Source: Blastocystis sp. ATCC 50177/Nand II
Taxonomy: Eukaryota
Length of the DNA stretch: 64,000 nt
Assembly: GCA_039096935.1 (NCBI GenBank)
Contig: JBBPEE010000035.1
Location: forward strand, 310,001-374,000
Direction of reading: 5' to 3'
Shown here: positions 22,357-34,376 of the stretch, in pieces
Numbering within the stretch: the stretch's first letter is position 1
How the letters are laid out: every line of letters begins with the position of its first letter
Position numbers and translations under genes: made by a program
The notes under the pieces: model-generated
The model's database searches: none
What the model was told of the DNA's origin: nothing
The model's input: only the letters and a program-made list of their open reading frames with translations

Positions 22357-24381
22357 TTAGTGCTGTTCACATGGGAACGTACGGTAGAGGTGGTTCAGCG
22401 GGCCCTGCTTGCCCTTGCCCACGTGCAGGAAGCGGCTGGCGATCACGCCCCCGTTGACGTAGTCCTTCGCCGCCTTCACGGCCTCGGGCACGGACAGGCC
22501 TCGCGCCAGCTCCGCCGCGATGGACGACGCCAGCGTGCAGCCCGTGCCGTGCGTGTTGCGCGTGCGCACGTAGGGCACGCGGAACACCTCGAACTGGTCC
22601 TCGCCGTAGCAGAGCACGTCGCACGCCTCGTCGGTGCCCTCCACGCGCCCGCCCTTCAGGTACACGTTCTTGCAGCCCAGCGAAAGCAGGTCCTTCGCCG
22701 CCGCCTTCAGACCCTCCTCGGTGTGGGGGATCTCGCGGCCCAGCAGCGTGCACGCCTCGAAGTAGTTGGGCGTGATGATGAGCGCCTTGGGAATCAGCTC
22801 GGCGCGCACCACGGGCACGGCGTCCTCCTGCATGATCTTGTTGCCGCTGCGGCAAATCATGCACGGGTCCACCACCAGCGTCTTCACCTGGTACTCCTCC
22901 ATCTTCTGCGCCACCAGGTGCGCCACCTCCTTCGTGCCCAGCATGCCCGTCTTCACGCAGTCCACGTGAATGTCTTGCAGAACAGAGTCAATCTGTTTGC
23001 TGATCCAGTCCAATGGAATGGAGAAAATGTGCTGCGCGCCCTGCGTGTTCTGCGCAGTCAGCGCCGTCAGCACCGTCGTCGAATACGCGCCCAGCGCGCA
23101 GCAGGCCTTCATGTCCGCCTGCAGACCCGCGCCGCCGCCCGAGTCGCTCCCAGCGATGATCAGCGTGGTGGGCAACGTGTCAAAGTGCTGGTTCGGGTAG
23201 AACGCCGAACCCATGAGCGCCATGCCCACCTCGAAGACGTGCTCGACAAAGAATACAGTATCCTTTGGAAGAGCCGTCAGGTCGCACGCCATCGCCGTCA
23301 GCAGCCGCCGCGCCTTCAGTCCGTAGCTCTCTACCGCGTGAATTTCGCTGGCAGAGGGCGCCACGAGGACTGGCAGGTCCGTCTTCAGCAGCTGCGGGAG
23401 CTCGGGGAACGAGCCGTAGCCCAGCGTCACCGCCTCCGTCTTCTCGAAGGCCGCCAGGGGCACGATCGTCTTCCCGTAGTCCTTGCCCATCTCGCGCACG
23501 CGTGCCTCCCACTTCGGGCAGCAGCACGCGCAGCTCGGATTCTCTCTTTTCGGCAGGTTCGCCGCAAACTCCGCCAGGCCCGCGCGGTCGGGAGCCTGGC
23601 TGGCAGGGTGGTCACACGCCACGTCGCCGGGACACATGGTGCCGGCCGCCACGGTCATGATGGCGGTGGTGGGCGCGGCGAACACGTGGTTCTGCTGGTC
23701 GAAAAACTCGAACTCCAGACGCATGGCTTCGGAGTAGTAGAACTCGTTGCTCGCCTTGTCCTCCGTGGCGGACAGCGCGTCCAGCATGTTCTCCAGCAGG
23801 CTCGTCGAGTCGACCATGCCGTCCGTGGCGTAGGTGTCGATCCACTCGGAGTACGTGTGGTGATGATCAGGAATCGCCTTCTTGATCGCGTGACCAATGA
23901 AATTGTACAGCTTGGTGCAGGGAAGCACGGCGGCCACAATGTCGCCGAGGGAACCCTCGGTGTAGGCCTTCGTCAGCAGGTCGGTGTAGCCCTTCGTCGC
24001 ACGCAGAATCTGCGGCTGCTCGATCTTCTCTCCACGCTCGGCAGCGCGCTTCTGGTGCTTCTCCTTCTCGTCCGTAATGGCGGTCATCAGCTCTCTGAAG
24101 CACTTCGCGTACTCCACCAGGTTGGCAGCCTGAGCGACCTCAGCAGCCTTCCGGTAAGCCTTCTCGTACACGCTGCGGATCACTCCACTATCGAAACTAC
24201 CTACTCGAGATAGAAGGAATCCTGCTGGATGTACTCCACGAAGGCGGCCTTTGGCAGGTTGCCGTTCGCGAGACCCAAAACGAAGGGGTTGTACCTACGC
24301 ATGAGAAAGACGCGTCAACAACTACAAAGACGCCAGCGCATCCGTATAATACTTGTTCCAAAGCTGTTCACTGAAAGACAT
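22357..24381 (-). CDS. Thiamine salvage fusion: TenA - degenerate HAD remnant - ThiD (HMP/HMP-P kinase)
   Basis: Spliced MSFSEQLW..NPFVLGLANGNL..YIQQDSFYL, LPCTKLY, YSEWIDTY, LEFEFF (TenA); IAGSDSGGGAGLQAD..NTHGTGCTLAS (ThiD). Confidence 0.9.
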
Positions 24382-24703
24382 CACAATTACAAAAGAAAGA
24401 ATGGCATCTGTGTCTCGTTTCCCTGTTTCCCTCATGCTGGGGACTTTGCATTCCCGCGGTGATTAGGCCGACCTCCGATTGTGCTTGTTTGCTGAATAAC
24501 GGAAGGGGGATCACTTCATATTCACATAGAGAAGCGTTGAAACGCGTGTGGTAAGAAATCGCCTTCATGAAGCCTCTACCGTTTTCTACACTGCTCATCG
24601 GCCATTACCGAACTAGTTCTTCCTTCCACGACATGAAATGCAGTGAACCACAGTCAAACCGAATTCGGCCCGATTTTGCACAGGCGATCAAAAAAGCGCC
24701 AAG

Positions 24704-25670
24704 ATGATGTCCAATAAGGTGTTCGTGTGCATTTTCTGCTTTTTCCTCATGGGTATTTTGTACGCAGGAATGCAGATGGTATTTGTGGGCGATGTATGCC
24801 TATGATCACTTTTAGTTGTTGCCGAAGTTGAAATACACCGACTTGTCGGAAGCGGAGTACAGGTCGCAAACGACGATGGAGAGCATGGGCCCTGTGCGTC
24901 CTAACCTCATTACGCGGTGGACGAAGTTCCAGGCCCAGGAAAACCCCCAGCAATACGACCTGGATGATGGAATCGTGATCGCGCAAGAGAAAGCCCAGCC
25001 CAACAAGGCGAAGAAGAACCTTCGAAGCCGAAACAAGGATATTCTTTACCAGGATAGCATCATCGTGCAGATGGGACCCGGGACCCAGAAGCCGCAGCCC
25101 GTCGCAACGCAGCCACCTCAGAAGGAGTTCTTCCCGCACGTGAAGGTGGAAATCTTCATGGAGAGTCTGTGTCCTGATACGCACCGCTTCGTAAAGGGAG
25201 CCTTGAGCAAGGTGGCGCATGATCCCGGCATGATGAGTATTGTGGACCTACGTATATACGTTTTTGGCAAGGGGTTCCAGATCTCCACGGATCCGCAGAA
25301 GTTCTCGTGTCAGCACGGACCGGCGGAATGCTACGGCAATCTGGTGGAGAATTGCATTGTGAAGTACGCCAGTCCTGGAGACGCCATCGATATGATGGTT
25401 TGCCTGCACGACCGGCGATCCTTCGACGAGATGTCCCTTGCCGCCTGCTCCAAGGAGCTGGAAGACAGCAGCGTCAACACGCCCATCACGAACTGTATCA
25501 ATGGAGAGGGCAAGTTCCTGCTCCAGAAGGCCTTCGACAAGACGCCTCGCAACCTCAACTACGTGCCCTCGATGCGCATCAACAAGGGAGCCGTCGTGCC
25601 GGCGTCTTCCAACCTCAAGGACGTGATCTGCAAGGAGTGGAAGGGAGAAAAGCCGCAGAGCTGTACGTAA
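24704..25670 (+). CDS. GILT/IFI30-like thiol reductase
   Basis: VEIFMESLCPDT and CQHGPAECYGN signature; N-terminal hydrophobic segment; 1 intron. Confidence 0.85.
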
Positions 25671-25793
25671 TTGTTGCTTCTCGCTGTATCCTATTTCCCT
25701 GTTTCTTACAGCCATCTGTTAGTGTGTTTCCCATTCTCTGTTTTCTCACCACTCCTTTGTTTTTATTCTCCTTCTCACAACACGGAGACACTC

Positions 25794-27777
25794 ATGGCTT
25801 CTCTTCGACTGGTCGTCGTGTTTTGTTCCTCTCCTTCCCCCTTCTCATCCGTAGGCTTGGCGCTTTCCTGTGCAACCAGTCCCTACTCCTCTGTAGGAAC
25901 AGATACTTCTCTCGGTCTTCCACCTCACGGGCCCATCCTGCCCCTTTCTGTGTACCATAATCCCCGCCATTCTGCCACTCAAGGCGATATCGAAATCGGC
26001 GCGAAGAACACGGAAGACTGCAAGACGGGACAAACCACCGTTTCCCTCATTCTGCATATCGCTGAGGAAGCAGACAAGTGTGGCTACAGTTTGCGCGAAA
26101 AGGGAGGTGAAGAGGAGCACACCGTGTCTTCCCTTCCCGGCGGCGTGTCAACCACGGTCTTTTGCTTGGATCCTGGCGTGTACGAACTGATACTGACGAA
26201 GACGACGGCCTCGGGCTGGGGAACGAGTCTTGCCGAAATGCGCCTGGAGGACGGCACCATCGCTCTGCGGGCGTCCCTCCCCGCTGGCACCACTGAAAAG
26301 GCCTTTCCTGTGAACCTGCTCTTCTCCCTCCCGCCCGCCATTTCCCAGTGGCATTACTCCTTCACTCCCCAGCCCTCGTCGCGCTGGATGCAGCAGTACG
26401 CCTCCTGGGAGCAGGCCTTTCCCCACGCCTTCCCCCCCACCATCTCCCTCACGCAGTATTTCGCCACTTCCTTCTCCATCTACACGCTCACCGCCTACTC
26501 CGCCCTCCGCCTCGGCGCTGTGGTCTACGCCGGCGCCGTCTTTTACCTCAACGGCGTGGAGGTGCACCGCGTGCACATGCCCGCCGGCGCCGTGGTGGGC
26601 GACACGCTGGCGACCAACAGCTTCAACCAGCCCACCTGGTGCTTCGTCAGCGTGAGCCTTCTCCACGGCGCCGTGCGCACCGGCGAGAACGTGCTCGCCG
26701 TGGAGCTGCATGCCCACAACCGGTACGAGATGGTCGTTAGCTTCGACGCCAGCGCGCTGCTTCTTCTCGACGACTCGCTCATGCTGCGCAACGGCATCGG
26801 CATCGTCTCCACCAGTACCACTGGCACCACTGGCACCACTGGCACCACTTGGATTGCCACGCCCGTCTTCGACGACAACCCCGCCACGGTGTTCACTGCC
26901 GACACCTGCGCTGGTGTCGGGCTCACCTGGGCCTTCTCCAACCACTTCGAGGTCATCACGCAGTACACCCTGCGGCCCACCGCCTGTCCCGGCAACATGC
27001 CCTCCGCCTGGGTGATCGAGGCCGCCAACGCCTCCCAGGTCTGGACGCTCCTCCAGATCAAGAGCGACGAGCACTTCGCCGGCGCCGAGCGCTCCTTCTC
27101 CTTCTACAACACGCAACCCTTCTCTCACTACCGCCTTCGTGTCACCGCCTGTCAGTTCGCCGTCGCCTCCGCGAGCTGTCCCGCCGACGCGCTGCGACTG
27201 GCGGACCTCCTCTTCTTCTCGCGCCTCCACGCGCCCTACTGTCACATGCCGGAGTTCCCACCGGCGCTCCTTGGCGAGACGGCGCTGCTGGCCTGTCCCG
27301 CCTTCTCCACGGGGCTCCGCTCGGCGCGCTGTCGAGCGGACGGCTTCGCCACTGCCATCAATGACTGCTCGCCTCTGCCGCCGCGGCACTTCCTCTACCC
27401 GCAGACGGACTTCGTCTTCCACCTCAACGAACCCGTCGAGCCGATCGAGCCGGCCGTTGAAGCGTGGTACTACTTTGTCACCATCACGCCGGCGCTCCCC
27501 GCGGGACTGGCACTCAGCAGCACGGGCGTGATCTCGGGCACGCCGCTGAAGACGGCGGAGACCACGCGCTTCACGCTGGAGCTGCGCAACGGTGCGGGCT
27601 TGACACAGACGCAGATTACCATCACGGTGAAGTGGTCATGGCGGGCGGTGCTAGTGAAGCTGGGGCGGTTTGCACTGGCGGCGGTGATCGTGGTAGTGGG
27701 AGTGGTGATAATTCGCTTCTTGCGGTCGCGGAGCCTGCAGCACCGGAGGACGCTGGAGCGTCGGGAAGAGTCAGTTT
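25794..27777 (+). CDS. Type I surface protein with galactose-binding-like and He_PIG/Ig domains; poly(A)-made stop
   Basis: Signal peptide, GAVFYLNGVEVHR..GENVLAVELH, ITPALPAGLALSSTGVISGTP, C-terminal TM; ends GTT T|CGTG TGTTTGTT. Confidence 0.75.
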
Positions 27778-27787
27778 CGTGTGTTTG

Positions 27788-30703
27788 TTAGGAAACAGGA
27801 GAGCTAAGCAAGTGGGGAAAAGAGTAAATGATGAGCTGGTTCTTGAAGCAGATGCCCACCTTGCTGACGTTCGCGTACAGCCGGTCCAGCTTGGACATGA
27901 ACTCGTAGCACGCCAGCTGCATCAGCGGCTTCTCCGGGTTGTGGATGGAGTCCAAGTACTTCTTCCGGTGCGAGGAGCTACGCTCAACCCCCTCCTCCGC
28001 GCCTACTCGTGGTGGATCACGTCCATCGCGAACGCCTGCGTCAGTAGGTAGAACTGGTACCCGATGTTCCGCAGGTGGTCAATGTACTGCACCTTGTTGC
28101 ACCCGTAGTCCACGAAGCGCTCGTCGAACAGCACCGTACTCTCCGTGTACCGGACCATCACATATCTACCCTTCACGCCGCAGCCAGCCCGCACGGCTCC
28201 TGGAAGCGGTTGTACAGGCAGTTCATCTTCGCGAATCGCAGCTTCGCGGGAATCACGCGCCACTGCTCGTTCACGTACATCTACGCTCCACACGCCGCCT
28301 CGCTCTCACGTGCGTCAGTGCCTTCTGCTTCTTGGAGAAGCACTTCTCCTTGCGCAGACAGTCCACCAGCGCCGTCTTGTTCTGCGGGAACGCCTGGTCG
28401 CTCCTACTCCTCACCGCACGCTCTCTCCGTCACAGCTTCGCGCAGCTCAGAACGCTCGAACACTTGCTCAGAATCTCTTCGCGCTTGAGGAAGAACGCCG
28501 GCACGATCACGGCAGCCCGCGTGGAGTCCAGCATCGTCAGCGGCAGCCGCGCAAGCTCCTGGTACAGGTTGTCTAGGCGTGAGGCGGTGCGTGCGCCGGC
28601 ACGGCTGGGCCACATGTCCATGTCCAGCACCAGGAAGTGCGTCGTCACCACATTCACGATGGCGATGTTGCGCAGCTTGTTGACGGGGAACACGCCGGGG
28701 ATGTCGCGACTCGCCAGCTGCGTGTAGAAGATGATGCGCACACGTGGCGGCAGAGCCAACTCCCGGATGCGCTGGATGGCGCCACGCACCTCTCTCTTCT
28801 TGATGTACACCGTCACGCAAATGTGCCTAGCACTCACGCACCCACTCCACCGTCACCCTGGCCACCGCTCCAGGAAGAAGGGAAGGAAGTCCAGGCGTTC
28901 CACGCTTCACGTCATCTCTCCACCACGCACTCACGTCGCCGTCGCGATGATCGTCACGGCGAACGCCGAGTCCGTGTGATACTGGACTACGCTCACACTC
29001 CCTCTCTTCCCTTACAGGGGTAGTGCGCGGTGTACGGCTGCTCCGTCGATCCCACGAACAGCCGACACAGCCGACACTCCGCCAGCTGCGACTTGTCCTG
29101 CTCGAACACCGCGAACAGCTTCTTCGCCAACACCGCGTTGCCTACTCCTCACGCGCGCCGTTCTGCCGTTCCTTTGCCCTTCTTCTGGCTTAGATAGATG
29201 GACTGCGCCGCGTTCGGCTTGAACTCGATCTTCTTCGGCTTCGTGGGTGTTTGGCGCGAGATCTCCTTCGCCAGCTTCTTCTTGTACTTCGCCATTGCCG
29301 CCACTTCCTTCGCCACTGCAGAGTTCTTATTCTTGCGCTGCGAGGGTTTCGTTTTGCTCTTCTTCTTTTCTTTGGGTCGTTGCGTGCCTGGCTTTGGGTC
29401 TTGTTGGGAGTTGGGTGTTGTGGTTGTGCTTTGTTGTTCTTGCTCTTCCTGTTCTTCTTGTTTTCCTTCTTCCTGTTCTTCTTGTTTTCCTTCTTCCTGT
29501 TCTTCTTGTTTTCCTTTCTGTTCTTGTTCTTCCTTCTTTTCTTCTCCTTCCTGTTCTCCTTCTTTTTGTTCTTCTCCTTCTTCTCCCTCTCCTTGCTCTT
29601 CTTCATGCTCTTTCCCTTCTTGCTCTTCTTGTCCTTGTTCTCCTTCCTGCTCCACTTGTTCTCCTTCCCCTTCCTTCTCCTCTTCTCCCTCCGCCGCTTC
29701 CTCACTACTCTCCTTCTCCTGACTCACCTTCGCATCCACGCCCATGGTAATGTTACGCATCACGCGGTCCGTCACAATCACCGAATCCACACCCTCCTCC
29801 TCGCTCTCCTTCATCTCACTCCGCTCGTTCTGCTTGATCCGGAACGCCGCGTCGTCCAGCGCGTAGATCACGTCCACCGTCGGCTCCGTCTCCTCCTCCT
29901 CGCTGTTCTTGCGGAAGTACTCCTGCTCCATCTCGCGCGTCTCTCGCATCATGCTCAGGAACAAGCGCACTTCTTCGTCTTCCTGCTGCTGCGCCTCCAC
30001 GCTCCGGCTGTTGTTCTCCTCGTTGAAGGCGCGGCGGTTCAGCGCGTCGATCTCCTCTTCTGTCAACCTTGGTCGTGACAGACGCGCCGATGATGGGTGA
30101 TTCGGTCTTTCCACTTGGAATGGAGACGCTCCCTGCGGGCGTTGAAGATTGTCCGCATTGATATTCACTGGCCGTAGAGAGGGAAGTCGCTTCACCGTTG
30201 GAGATGGAGCTTCCGTGACAGCTTGGGTTGCTTCGATCCTTGTAGGCGTAGGAACTTCAGTGGTACTTTCCATCACGGTTGGCATAACCGTAGTGGGAGT
30301 TGGAGTGACTCTGATTGTCGGTTGTGTCTCACTTGCTTTTTCATCGAAACGGACTATGCATGAGGGTTCTATCCACAGAGCAACTGGTAGGAGCAATTGG
30401 GGCCGGGATTTCGGAAAAACGATTCGGACCTTCGGCAATTGGGACGCGAATCGCTCGAATGGGTGCAGTACAATTGTCATTTGAGATCTACACGTAAAAA
30501 AGAACAGTAGAACAAGTCTACGCGAAACGACGGAATGCTTCCCTTGGCAAATGGATCAAATACGAAAATCGACTCCACCGCATTTCTATAACGTAATGCA
30601 ACCATACAGGAGCGATGTACTGAAACAGAACCATAACGTAACCATACACCGCGATACACACGATGTACACTAAAACGGATAACAATCCGCTCGCCCTCCG
30701 CAT
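27788..30703 (-). CDS. GT49 (LARGE/B4GAT1-like) glycosyltransferase with long low-complexity stem; 3' end approximate
   Basis: FPVNKLRNIAI..FLVLDMDMWP, AVIVPAF, FDERFVDYGCNKVQYI; N-terminal TM; E/Q/K-rich repeats at 29440-29700. Confidence 0.8.
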
Positions 30704-30749
30704 TGGTACAAACAGTGTGACCAAAGAGAGAGTATTGTAACAAACAACA

Positions 30750-32413
30750 CTATGAAACTCTATCACTAACACGGTATATGAGAGACAGGATCTTCACCTT
30801 CTCCACCATCCCATCTGCACATGAATCTCCCAACCCACCCTTACTGCTGCTGGGAATGAGCTCATACAGCTTGTCCTTCTCCTCCTGGGAGAGCTCTCGC
30901 CTTAGAATGCTGTTGGCAATCTTGAAGAAGTCCGTCATTCGAATGCTGTCCTGATCCGACGCGAACGTGTTGCTCATGTAATCCATGAAGATGGTCTACG
31001 CTCACAGTCTTCCTCCTCTCCCCACATCAAAGTTGTCAATGCCGCGGAACAAGTTCGACAGGTACTTGGCAGCAGTTTCCCGTTTTAGGGGCGTTTTCCG
31101 CATTGTTCGGTTACGAAGCTGGAAGAAGGAATAGAGCATTGCGCAGGAGCATGCACTACACAACACCACTCCTCTCCGATCCTACGCAAGACCGGCCATT
31201 CCGTAGAACATGTAGTTCGCCGTCTCCAGCCCGGAATGCAGATTCATTCCGAACACGCTCGTCAGAAAGGTCCCGAGGGCAATGGACACTTCTGCAATTC
31301 CCAGACTCAAATTCAAATTCAAAATCTTGTTTCGATAGTTATCCATCGAAATCGCCGCCAACTGCTGCTTTCCCTCGATATCCTCCAGGTGCATGTCGCA
31401 CTGTCTAGCGATGTCTGTGTACTACGCGTCAATCACTCCAATGACACCTGCTCGGCGGAAGTAGTTCTCCAGGAGCAATTCCACGGACAGGTGCATTTCC
31501 ATCGGAGGCAGATGTCCCAGCTTGTTCTTCTGTGTCAGCAACAACTCCAGCATGTCCTCATCCGAAGAAATAATGTCCTGCTCGTGATGGTGCAATACAC
31601 GCGATTACCTGAATGCACTTGGCAATGGCCTCGGAGTTGTCTTGCAGATGGCCGAGACGGACCTTCAGCGGGTGGATCTCCTGGTACACGTCCTATTCGT
31701 GAAGTTGATGAGGAGCATCGACAAAGTTCGTGTAATTGTCGGTCGTGTACAGCAGCTTGTGCGCCATATGCTGATAGGAATCGAGCTTGTTGTAGAGGTG
31801 GTCGCTGTAGAGAATCAGCACGCCCTCCAGCGCCTGCAGCTCGAACGGGAAGCTGCCGCCAAATCGCCTCGATTCGATTCGAATGTAATCAGCGATATCG
31901 CGAGAGATCTTTGAAATGAAGGGATTATCGATCTGGAGGTAACAACAACATAAAACGAGTACATTGAAGATGATCATCGACTCATCCGATATGATGCTGC
32001 GAATGGAGTTCAGATTCACGAGAATCGCCTTCTGACGAGCCAGAATGCAGGGTGTGGTTCTGTGAGTTCCGGGATGGATGGCCAAGAAGTCTCTTCCATG
32101 CAAAGCGTACTCGGTCATCAGGGAGGGCATAGAACACATCTTTTGCACAATCTCGCCGTTTGCGTAGATTCTACAGTTGACATCTACCAAAAATAAAACT
32201 CGTAGGACTTGAAGAGAGAGTCATCACTAACCAGACTCTTGTTCATCGCCCCCTTCGAGTAGTTGCTGCTGGACCCACGGACGAGCTATTCTGAATGGAG
32301 TACAGTGATACTACGCGAATGGAGAAAGAACGCGCCGAAAGGGCCTTCCCCACCGTCAAATACTGCAGGACCCGCTGTCTACCTTGAAAAAGATGGTGCG
32401 ACAGGAATTGCAT
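30750..32413 (-). CDS. MRS2: MRS2/CorA magnesium transporter with presequence-like N-terminus and C-terminal extension
   Basis: LHGRDFL..ILARQKAILVNL, PFELQALE, ELLLENY, RNKILNLNL, FGMN motif. Confidence 0.85.
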
Positions 32414-32578
32414 TTCTCCTTCTCTCGGATTTCCTCGGTTCTGTTTTCCGTGCATTCAAATTCGTGGGATCGTGGGATCCCAATTCCGTCCCCTTTTCCC
32501 CAGTCATTCCAAAAGCACGCCCGATTTCTCCAGCCGCCGTTTCATTGAGGGACGCTTCACCATAATCCTGTTCCAAGA

Positions 32579-34318
32579 ATGCTTTCTACACGTATCCTTT
32601 CTAACACGGCTTCCAACCTTGGGTCTCTCCTCCTTTATACGATTCATTCCGTAGAAGACTGGCTTTCAGAGGTTGTGTCGCCCGCAACATTGAAACGACC
32701 GGAGCGGCCCTGGGTCTCGACAAGCTGGGACTGAACATCGGCAAGGTGCACAGAAATATGACTTATGGTTGTTCCCCTCCATTCTGACTGATGCACAGAG
32801 GAAATCGCCGAGCACGAGGCGAGAAACAAGGAGGGCGTGTTCACGAACACGGGCGCCTTCGAGGTGGACACGGGCATCTACACGGGCCGTTCTCCTCAGG
32901 ACAAGTACTTCGTGGAGAGAGAGCCGTCCAAGAGCAACATCTGGTGGAGCCCGATCCCCCCGAACAAGCCGGTGTCTGAGAAGACGTTCAACGAGATCTA
33001 CGGCGACGTGAAGCAGTACATGAACGGCAAGGAGGTGTACGTGTTCGACGGCTTCTGCGGCGCGAACCCGAAGTCGCACATGTGCGTGCGCTTCATCACG
33101 GAGTACGCGTGGCAGCACCACTTCGTGACGAACATGTTCGTGCGCCCGACGGCGGAGGAGCTGAAGGACTTCAAGCCGCAATTCACGGTGATCAACACGT
33201 GCAAGGGTCTGGTGAACAAGAACTGGAAGCGTCAGGGCCTCCACTCGGAGGCGTTCGTGGGCTTCGATCTGGAGAACCACCTGGCGCTGGTGGTGGGCGC
33301 GAAGTACGGCGGCGAGATGAAGAAGGGCATCTTCGGCGTGATGAACTACCAGCTGCCCCTGCAGGGCATTCTGCCGATGCACTGCTCCGCCAACGTGGGC
33401 AAGGACGGCGACTCGGCGCTGTTCTTCGGGCTGTCGGGCACGGGCAAGACGACGCTGTCGGCGGACCCGAAGCGGTTCCTGATCGGCGACGACGAACACG
33501 GGTGGGACGACGACGGCATCTTCAACTTCGAGGGCGGCTGCTACGCGAAGACGATCAATCTGTCGCGTGAGAAGGAGCCGGACATCTGGAACGCCATCAA
33601 GCGCAACGCGCTGCTGGAGAACGTGATGGTGCGTCCCGACGGCTCGCTGGACTTCGACGACGTGAGCAAGACCCAGAACGGACGCGTGGCGTACCCGATC
33701 TACCACATCCCGAACTACAAGAAGGGAAGCATGGCGGGCCACCCGAAGGCCATCATCTTCCTGACGTGCGACGCGTACGGCGTGCTGCCGCCCATCTCCA
33801 AGCTGACGACGGAGCAGGCGATGTACCACTTCCTATGCGGCTACACGGCGAAGGTGGCGGGCACGGAGCGCGGCATCAAGGAGCCCGTGCCGAACTTCTC
33901 GCCGTGCTTCGGCGGCGCGTTCATGCCGCTGAACCCGATCGCGTACGCGAAGTTGCTGGGCGAGAAGCTGAACCGCCACGGCACCCGCGTGTATCTGCTG
34001 AACACGGGCTGGACGGGCGGCGGCTACGGCGTGGGCAAGCGCATGGACATCCCCGTGACGCGCGCGTGCATCGACGGCATCCTGAACGGCTCGATCGAGA
34101 AGGCGGAGATGCGCCACAACGACCGCTTCAACCTGGAGGTGCCGACGCATGTGGAGGGCGTGGACGACAAGCTGCTGTGGCCGCGCAACACGTGGAGCGA
34201 CAAGGAGGAGTACGACCGCGTGGCGAAGAAGCTGGCCGGCAAGTTCGTGGAGCATTTCAAGCAGTTCCAGGTCCCCGGACTGCCCGACTACTCGCCCTAT
34301 GGACCCCGCGCCAATTAG
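32579..34318 (+). CDS. pckA: ATP-dependent PEP carboxykinase with N-terminal presequence (introns 32623-32654, 32768-32798)
   Basis: TGRSPQDK, YGGEMKK, GLSGTGKTTLS, IGDDEHGW, FEGGCYAK. Confidence 0.95.
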
Positions 34319-34376
34319 TGTTTTAGATGTCACTTTGAAGAGGGTGATTTGAGGGTGTTTGTTGCACACTTTTCCG

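Noticed and set aside
22360..24213. Long antisense ORFs (also 32666-33829, 41826-44717, 57783-59801, 47962-49725, 7692-8951)
   Set aside because: Shadow frames opposite genuine genes with high GC3 codon bias
24439..24450. AAAGTCCCC resembling RNase MRP CR-I (minus strand)
   Set aside because: No CR-V/P4 partner seen, and a protein-coding gene follows immediately
24390..24560. Possible TPP riboswitch upstream of the thiamine salvage gene
   Set aside because: No CTGAGA element and no proper CCTGAT...GCGTAGG core found on the minus strand
26816..26849. (ACCACTGGC)x3 repeat
   Set aside because: Small in-frame coding repeat (TTG units) with no further signal
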